Assembly (NCBI RefSeq): GCF_000013905.1
Contig: NC_007969.1
Span: 1,110,001 to 1,142,000 of the forward strand
Length of the DNA stretch: 32,000 nucleotides
Origin: Psychrobacter cryohalolentis K5
GTDB taxonomy: Bacteria; Pseudomonadota; Gammaproteobacteria; Pseudomonadales; Moraxellaceae
Reading direction: 5' to 3'
Shown: positions 1 through 6,100 of the stretch, piece by piece
How positions within the stretch are numbered: the first letter of the stretch is position 1
Layout of the letters: every line of letters starts with the position of its first letter
Notes under the pieces: model-generated
The model's input: only the letters and a program-made list of their open reading frames with translations
The model's database searches: none
Told to the model about the DNA's origin: nothing
Translations under genes and position numbers: made by a program

Positions 1-66
1 AAAAAGTGAATCTATTTAATGCAATGAACCTCATGAACGACAGGATCGTCTAATTCATAAGCTAAG

Positions 67-642
67 ATGGAGAGCAATTCAAGAAATACGATTAACTTGA
101 ATTTTAAATTTTACGATAAAAATACAGGAGTCATGCTTATGATAGCTAATGCTGTGCAGAGAGGTAGTAGTGTTTACCTGTATGATGAAACAGGCCAAGA
201 TTTGCCAGTTTCAATTTTTACTAGAGGAGGTAGGTTAGTAGGGTTTACTGCTTCTACAGTAAGCATTCAAAACGGTACCCTTATTTATACTTACGATAAT
301 CGGGGTAATATCTTAGGCACTCCAATTTCTACTGCCTCTCAAGGGACCATTGAGTCTGATGCAACGAATGATAGGGAATCTAGCAGATATAGTAATAGAG
401 CAAATAGTAATACATCAGATTATGGGTTCATTGATGGATATATCGAAAGTTTAACGAATTATGTATACAGGAAGGGATGGAGTCAAAAGAGTATATTTGG
501 AAAACTACTAACTTTGATTTTATTACCCTTTGCAGTTTGCATCTCTGCTATTCAGATTGCTTTCACAATTTTAAGATGGCTAGTGATTGCTGCGGTAGTA
601 CTTGTAGTTCTATATGTATTTTATATAGGTATTTTTGGTTAG
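67..642 (+). CDS. hypothetical membrane-anchored protein (no family recognised)
   Basis: 191-aa ORF from the track. The soluble N-terminal part has two copies of a Y-x-Y-D-x-x-G-like motif (SSVYLYDETGQDL and TLIYTYDNRGNIL). The last ~55 aa are strongly hydrophobic (LLTLILLPFAVCISAIQIAFTILRWLVIAAVVLVVLYVFYIGIF), consistent with two TM helices. Start is uncertain: in-frame Met codons at positions 23 and 25. Confidence 0.5.
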   Translation: MESNSRNTINLNFKFYDKNTGVMLMIANAVQRGSSVYLYDETGQDLPVSIFTRGGRLVGFTASTVSIQNGTLIYTYDNRGNILGTPISTASQGTIESDATNDRESSRYSNRANSNTSDYGFIDGYIESLTNYVYRKGWSQKSIFGKLLTLILLPFAVCISAIQIAFTILRWLVIAAVVLVVLYVFYIGIFG

Positions 643-880
643 TTTTACCATTTTTTAAGTATTATCACTACAGTGGAAAAATATTATAAAGCCCGATGTA
701 TAAAGATGGCTATTCGAGATTTAAAAACATACAATCATAGGGTGGCCCTATTAATATAGGTTCATTAGCTAAAGGAGAAAATCAGTCAATTTGAAGTTTT
801 GGATAATTGCTACTTAAATTTCTATAAGCCGATCATAGCGGACAAACAAAAACTAATTTCATTTAATAAAGGGATTTATA

Positions 881-3154
881 ATGAAAAACGTAGCTGACTC
901 AAATAATGAAGAATGGATGCAAGAGATTTGGGATTGGGCAGATAAATTTAATATTGAAAAAGATATTATCCCTAGAAAGCCAAAAAAATTAATTAAGTTA
1001 GAAGTACTGGAAATTAGTTACAATGATGAAATAAGTACAATACCTGAAAGTATTGGAAATCTTAAGAGTTTAGTAACTTTCGCACTAGAAGGAAGTAAAG
1101 TAAAAAAATTACCAAACAGTATCGGTGAATTATCTAAACTGAAGCAATTAGTAATTAGCAGTAATGATAAACTAACTGAACTTCCTAAAAGCATGGGTAA
1201 TCTTGAAAATTTGGAAGAACTTCAGTTGAGAGGAAATGGACTTAAAAAATTACCAGATAGTTTCGGGCAGCTATCAAACTTAATATACCTAACCATTAAC
1301 GGTAACTATAACTTAACTGAACTTCCTGAAAGTCTTGGAGGCCTTGAAAACCTAGAAAGCCTTACTTTAGGATACATGGGGATAACAAAATTACCAGAAA
1401 GTATTGGTCAGCTATCAAAATTAAAATATTTAACTATTGAAGATCTTGAAAACATAATTGATCTTCCTGAAAGTATTAAAGACCTTGGGAATTTAGAAAG
1501 CCTTACTTTAGAGAATAGTGGTTTTAAAAAATTACCAGAAAGTATTGGTCAGTTGTTAAATTTAACAAATTTAACTATTAATTATAATAATAATATCACC
1601 GAATTTCCTGAAAGTATTGGAAATTTAAATATTTTAGAATATCTTAGTTTAGGAGGTAATAGTGTTAAAAAATTACCAGATAGTATTGGAAAATTATTTA
1701 GTTTAAGAGAGCTAAACATTAGTAATATTGAAAAATCGATCGATATTCCTGAAAGTATTGGCAATCTTAAGAATTTAGAAAGCCTTAGTTTAGGATACAT
1801 AAATATTAAGAAATTACCTGAAAATATTTTTCAATTATCAAGTTTATTAAGTTTGACTATAGTAGATAATATGAAACTCACAGAAATTTCTGAAAATATT
1901 AATAAACTTAAAAATTTAGAGACACTCTATTTAAAAGGTAATAACTTTAAAAAATTACCTAGTAGTATTGGTCAGTTATCAAAATTGATAGATTTAAGTA
2001 TAGAATATACTGGAAAAATTACAGAAATTCCTGATAGCTTAGTAGAACTTAATAATTTACAGAATCTCACTTTATGTGGTATGGAAATAAAAAAACTACC
2101 TGAAAACATGAGTCACTTGTCATGTCTAACAAATTTAACAATTACACATAATAGAAAACTCACAGAATTCCCTGAGAGTGTTGCAGGTATTAAGAATCTA
2201 GAAATACTATCTTTAAATGAAAACAGTTTAAAAACATTATCTGAAAGCATAAATAAAATGGAAAATTTAAAATATTTATATTTAGCTTCTAATTCTTTAA
2301 AGTCTTTACCTGATTTATCGAATTTAATTAAATTAGAATATTTGGAATTAGATAACAACAAGTTGAATTCTCTTCCTGAAAGTATTATAGGTATGGAGAA
2401 TTTAGAATCAATGAGTGTCTATGGTAACCCTCTTAAAGCTATTTCGAAACCTGTATTAAGTTTTCTAAAAAATTTAGACGTTTACGTTGATGGAGTTGAT
2501 GAGGTTGATGAGGTTGATGAATCAGATTATTCAACTTCAAACATCTCTAATGAAAATGATACTTCAAGATTTCTTCAGGTAAATGGTTATGGGGTAGAGA
2601 CCTTTGCTGGTACTGTAGAGGCTGCAACGTATCAATACTTCGAAGATAATGATATAGATCTTGAAAGTTATAGTAATGATGCTGAGTGGGGTAATGATGA
2701 CTGCCAAGTTCCAGAGGAGCATAACTTTGGCGGGTATGGATTATATGAAGTCGATAATCTATGGCATGTCAACGGCGCTTATTTAACAGAAGATACTCAA
2801 ATTGAGTTGGTGAACGGTTCTGAAGATACAATCTGGAGTTCGAACTGTGATACTGAATCGCTTGAATCGCAAGGTATTAAGTTGATTTGCGTTTCAAGTC
2901 AAGAAGATATTTTTGATAGCTTAGATTTAAAGACAGTTGTCATGATTGGTAGAATTTTCCAACAAGGTTGTACTTTTGAGACTCAACTTCAGGATATTGA
3001 AAATTTTGATCCAAATAACCTGACTATCTACTACCATGAAGATGAAAGCGGACGTATTATTAAGAAAATTGAATACAATGATACTGAGCTTGAAAACGGC
3101 AATAGTAGTACTTCTGGTTCAGGATCTGAATATTCTTGGGAAGTCATTGGATAG
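881..3154 (+). CDS. large LRR protein: Trp-rich N-terminal cap + about 20 LRR units + uncharacterised ~190-aa C-terminal domain
   Basis: 757-aa ORF with an AGGG-type SD upstream of the ATG. It has about 20 tandem 23-24-aa units of consensus LxxLxxLxLxxNxxLxELPESIGxLxxL (e.g. LPESIGNLKNLESLSL). N-terminus: EEWMQEIWDWADKFNIEKDIIPRKPKKL. The C-terminal domain (about 2570-3151; NGYGVETFAGTVEAATYQYFEDNDIDL...EHNFGGYGLYEVDNLWHVNGAYL...LTIYYHED) is clearly homologous to the C-terminus of the 3443-5584 protein. No signal peptide, P-loop or TM segment seen. Confidence 0.9.
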   Translation: MKNVADSNNEEWMQEIWDWADKFNIEKDIIPRKPKKLIKLEVLEISYNDEISTIPESIGNLKSLVTFALEGSKVKKLPNSIGELSKLKQLVISSNDKLTELPKSMGNLENLEELQLRGNGLKKLPDSFGQLSNLIYLTINGNYNLTELPESLGGLENLESLTLGYMGITKLPESIGQLSKLKYLTIEDLENIIDLPESIKDLGNLESLTLENSGFKKLPESIGQLLNLTNLTINYNNNITEFPESIGNLNILEYLSLGGNSVKKLPDSIGKLFSLRELNISNIEKSIDIPESIGNLKNLESLSLGYINIKKLPENIFQLSSLLSLTIVDNMKLTEISENINKLKNLETLYLKGNNFKKLPSSIGQLSKLIDLSIEYTGKITEIPDSLVELNNLQNLTLCGMEIKKLPENMSHLSCLTNLTITHNRKLTEFPESVAGIKNLEILSLNENSLKTLSESINKMENLKYLYLASNSLKSLPDLSNLIKLEYLELDNNKLNSLPESIIGMENLESMSVYGNPLKAISKPVLSFLKNLDVYVDGVDEVDEVDESDYSTSNISNENDTSRFLQVNGYGVETFAGTVEAATYQYFEDNDIDLESYSNDAEWGNDDCQVPEEHNFGGYGLYEVDNLWHVNGAYLTEDTQIELVNGSEDTIWSSNCDTESLESQGIKLICVSSQEDIFDSLDLKTVVMIGRIFQQGCTFETQLQDIENFDPNNLTIYYHEDESGRIIKKIEYNDTELENGNSSTSGSGSEYSWEVIG
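2486..2521 (+). repeat. in-frame 9-bp tandem repeat, 4 copies (GTTGATGGA, GTTGATGAG x2, GTTGATGAA)
   Basis: Read directly from the sequence. Encodes VDG-VDE-VDE-VDE in the acidic linker between the LRR array and the C-terminal domain of the 881-3154 protein. Confidence 0.85.
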
Positions 3155-3204
3155 TAGGGTATTTAATATTTTTTAGAATGAAGTCCTATCAAAATATTTA
3201 TAGT

Positions 3205-3243
3205 GCGCTTAGTGAAATCCTCAATTTTGCTAAGCGCGTTTTT
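3205..3243 (+). terminator. putative rho-independent terminator of the 881-3154 gene
   Basis: 8-bp stem GCGCTTAG (3205-3212) / CTAAGCGC (3230-3237) with a 17-nt loop, followed by GTTTTT (3238-3243). Lies about 50 nt after the stop codon. Confidence 0.5.
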
Positions 3244-3442
3244 AAATATCATGAATTTTTAAAAACAGTATCTCTTACAAACAAAGTGATTTTTTAGCAC
3301 ATTAAGTTCTCAAAATATCAAGCAACGATGAGTATTGTTTTTAAGTATTAGCCAAAAATTATTACTCATCAATTCAGGTTTTACGCTCTATAGCCTAAGT
3401 AGTTATCGAATACTATAATCAGAAAATACGATATTAACAGGG

Positions 3443-5584
3443 TTATATAATGACAAACCAAGACAATTCTTGTCTTTGTCCATATGAAGAACTTGACTCA
3501 TCTTCTATTATTTTACCGTCGTATTTAATCATTTTAATAACATCAATTCCATCGTCTTCGTGATAATAAATAACTAGTTTACTTGCATCGAATTTTTCAG
3601 TTAATTTAATTTTGGTCTTAAAAATGACACCATTTGAAACATACCTACCAGCTATAACAGCTAATGGTGTTGGTAATTCATTCACAATTTCGTCAAAATC
3701 ACCATCGCATATTATTTTAACACCTTGATCCTTTAGATCCTTCGAACTTAAAGAGCTTTGCCAGATACATGAATTATTACCATCGATAACTTCAATCTCA
3801 TTATCATCAATGTCTAAATATGCACCGTTTATATGCCATAAATCATCCGTTTGTTCAAGACCCATTCCTCCAAAATTATGTTCATCTGAGATATCTAATT
3901 CATCTAAGTCAAAAGTAACATCATGATTGTATTCATTAAGATCTATACCGTTATCTTCAAAATATTGATAAGTTTTAAAATCCACAGTACCTCCAAAAGT
4001 CTCTACACCAGTGCCATTAATTTGGATCGTTACTACATTATTTTTTTCACCATTGTTATTGATCATTTCAAGATTTTCATTAAGGCCAATTATACTAACG
4101 TTGATCATCTGAGATAAAACATTTAAAACCTGTGAACTTAGCGCATTATCATTAACAGGAATCCAAAACTCTTTCAAGCTATTAATTTCATTCATGCTAT
4201 TAGGCAATGTAGTGATTGGATTATCGTCAATATATATCTTTTCAATAAAACATAGCTTATTTATGGAATCAGGTAAAGTAGTTAGTTTGTTAGATCTACA
4301 ATTCAAATGACTTAAGTTTGACAATGAGCTTATTGAGTCAGGTAAAGTAGTCAATTCGTTATAACTACAGTCTAATTTTTTAAGATTTGACATCAAACCT
4401 ATTGAGTCAGGTAAAGTAGTTAATTTGTTATAACTACAATCTAAATAACTTAAGTTTGACAATGAGCTAATTGAGTCAGGTAAACATTTCAGTTTATTAT
4501 CAGTAATTATTAGATCAACTAAATTTTTAAGTGATCCTATATTCTCAGGCAGATATTTAATTTTATTGTTATAAATATCTAATTTTTCTAAAAGTTGTAA
4601 GTTTCCTATATTGCTTGGGAGTTCTATGAGTTCATTACATTCTAGGTTAAGAGACTTAAGGTTGGTTAAATTTTCAATATTTTTAGATAGTTTTTTTAAA
4701 TTACAATTTCGTAAGTTCAAATATTCTAAGGAAGGTAAATCAAAAAGAGAGTTATTTATTTTCATATTGTAATTTGAATCAAGGTCTAAATATTTTATAT
4801 TTTTTAGATCCTTAAAGTTATCAGGGATTGTTTTGATATCAAGGCCTGATAGGCGTAGTCTTTCTAAATATTGAAACTGAGTGACGATTTCAAGTGTATT
4901 TGAAATATTAAATGTATCAAAAAAATTAATGTAAAAAGCTAGATTCGATAATTTTTTTTGATTCAAGATAAAATCTGGAAATTTATCTTTTGAGTAGCTC
5001 CCAATTTCTATACTAGTTAAATTTTTTAAATGATTAATGCTTTGGGGTAATATTTCTATTGAATTAGAGCTATAGTGTAAAAGATTAAGATTTTCGAGAT
5101 TGCCTATAAGATCAGGAAGTTTTTTTAAATTATAGTTATTTTTTAAATTAAGGTGCTCTAAATTTTCTAACTCAGAAATACTCTCAGGTAAAGATTTAAT
5201 TTTTATATTAGTACTAACGTCTAAATATTTTAGCCCTTTTAATTTATTTATACTTTTTGGTAAAATGCTTATCTTATTATTATTTAACTTGAGAGTTTCA
5301 AGTTCATTTAATTTCATTAAAAATGCAGGAACTGACTTTAAATCTGAATTGCTTAAGTCAAGATATTTTAGTTTTTTTAAGTTTGAAAAAGCTTTAGGTA
5401 GTGGGTTTATGTACCTAAAAGTTCGACTACTATCAGATTCATAAACAACACTGCTAAATTTTTGTAGATTAATTAAGTCGCTGGCATTACGAGGTATATC
5501 TTGTTCGGATAAATCATTCTCATCCGCCCACTTCCAGATTTCTTCCATCCACGTTTCAGTCTGTTGAATACTGTTGTTTAGCAT
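3443..5584 (-). CDS. large LRR protein, paralog of 881-3154 (same cap, about 17 LRR units, same C-terminal domain)
   Basis: 713-aa ORF. N-terminus: ETWMEEIWKWADENDLSEQDIPRNASDL. LRR units such as LPDSISSLSNLSYLDCSYNKLTT. The C-terminal domain (about 3446-4035; NGTGVETFGGTVDFKTYQYFEDNGIDL...EHNFGGMGLEQTDDLWHINGAYL...LVIYYHED) aligns colinearly with the other paralog. Convergent with 881-3154. Confidence 0.9.
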   Translation of the reverse strand: MLNNSIQQTETWMEEIWKWADENDLSEQDIPRNASDLINLQKFSSVVYESDSSRTFRYINPLPKAFSNLKKLKYLDLSNSDLKSVPAFLMKLNELETLKLNNNKISILPKSINKLKGLKYLDVSTNIKIKSLPESISELENLEHLNLKNNYNLKKLPDLIGNLENLNLLHYSSNSIEILPQSINHLKNLTSIEIGSYSKDKFPDFILNQKKLSNLAFYINFFDTFNISNTLEIVTQFQYLERLRLSGLDIKTIPDNFKDLKNIKYLDLDSNYNMKINNSLFDLPSLEYLNLRNCNLKKLSKNIENLTNLKSLNLECNELIELPSNIGNLQLLEKLDIYNNKIKYLPENIGSLKNLVDLIITDNKLKCLPDSISSLSNLSYLDCSYNKLTTLPDSIGLMSNLKKLDCSYNELTTLPDSISSLSNLSHLNCRSNKLTTLPDSINKLCFIEKIYIDDNPITTLPNSMNEINSLKEFWIPVNDNALSSQVLNVLSQMINVSIIGLNENLEMINNNGEKNNVVTIQINGTGVETFGGTVDFKTYQYFEDNGIDLNEYNHDVTFDLDELDISDEHNFGGMGLEQTDDLWHINGAYLDIDDNEIEVIDGNNSCIWQSSLSSKDLKDQGVKIICDGDFDEIVNELPTPLAVIAGRYVSNGVIFKTKIKLTEKFDASKLVIYYHEDDGIDVIKMIKYDGKIIEDESSSSYGQRQELSWFVII
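4263..4484 (-). repeat. 69-bp tandem repeat (3 full units + partial) = recently duplicated 23-aa LRR units
   Basis: Units start at 4263, 4332, 4401 and 4470 with an exact 69-bp period. Each begins ATKGARTCAGGTAAA. They encode LPDSISSLSNLSHLNCRSNKLTT / LPDSIGLMSNLKKLDCSYNELTT / LPDSISSLSNLSYLDCSYNKLTT. Similarity is mosaic: the unit 1 tail (CTTAAGTTTGACAATGAGCT) is identical to the unit 3 tail, and the unit 2 head nearly equals the unit 3 head. Confidence 0.85.
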
Positions 5585-6100
5585 GCTGAGTCCCTTGTAT
5601 AATTGATTCTGAATTGAGAAAATAATTTTAAATTATATTATCATTAGTATGTTATTAAGCCAAGTTAAAAAAATATAATCTATATTTTTGATAAATTATT
5701 TATATTGTTGTTAATCTAATTTTATATTAATTAAATTGATTTATACCTATTCATTCTTGATGTTCTTTGGATCAAATCTTTAAAAAAATGGCACTCATCA
5801 TACTTGTCCATCAGAATTTTTGACCATATCAAAACTTATATTATTCATTTTAATCATGTATTTAGTCTTGGTACTGGAGATCAGAGTTTATCTTCACTGC
5901 TTGTAGAGAATTTTAATCAGTATATTGTGATGCAAAACTATAAAATTTAGTTTGTTACTATTCATTTAGCTGCGGCTGTGGTTGATATTTTAAAACATCT
6001 ACTAATTTTTATTTTAAATAAATGGTATCTTAGACACTTACGCGTAATCAGATATTAAATAGAATACTTTAATCAGAAAGTATAACATTAACAGGATTTT

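Noticed and set aside
477-689. 70-aa ORF in an alternative + frame overlapping the 3' end of the 67-642 ORF
   Set aside because: It lies almost entirely inside a longer ORF whose hydrophobic tail looks like a genuine TM anchor. It has no SD and is Cys/low-complexity rich, as expected from an off-frame reading.
738-752. Short palindrome ATAGGG-TGG-CCCTAT upstream of the first LRR gene as a possible operator
   Set aside because: It has only a 6-bp stem, occurs once, and has no partner site. This is too weak to call.
1582-2361. Antisense ORFs (1582-1800 and 2113-2361, minus strand) inside the first LRR gene, and 3923-4117 (+) inside the second
   Set aside because: These are periodic AT-rich LRR coding sequence read on the opposite strand, which gives stop-poor frames. 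The translations are low-complexity (L/S/F/K/I) mirror images of the LRR periodicity.
881-2450. Regular ~69-72-bp periodic repeats that could superficially resemble a CRISPR array or satellite
   Set aside because: The periodicity is the 23-24-codon LRR unit within one long uninterrupted ORF. There is no repeat/unique-spacer alternation, and the repeats are degenerate at the DNA level except at 4263-4484.
881-5584. LRR proteins as IpaH/SspH-type NEL E3 ligases, Roco (ROC-COR) GTPases or NLR/STAND proteins
   Set aside because: No P-loop (GxxxxGK[ST]) is present anywhere in the three LRR proteins. The C-terminal domain is too short for NEL, has a beta-rich pattern, and lacks a NEL-like catalytic Cys context. 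No NACHT/NB-ARC motifs are present.
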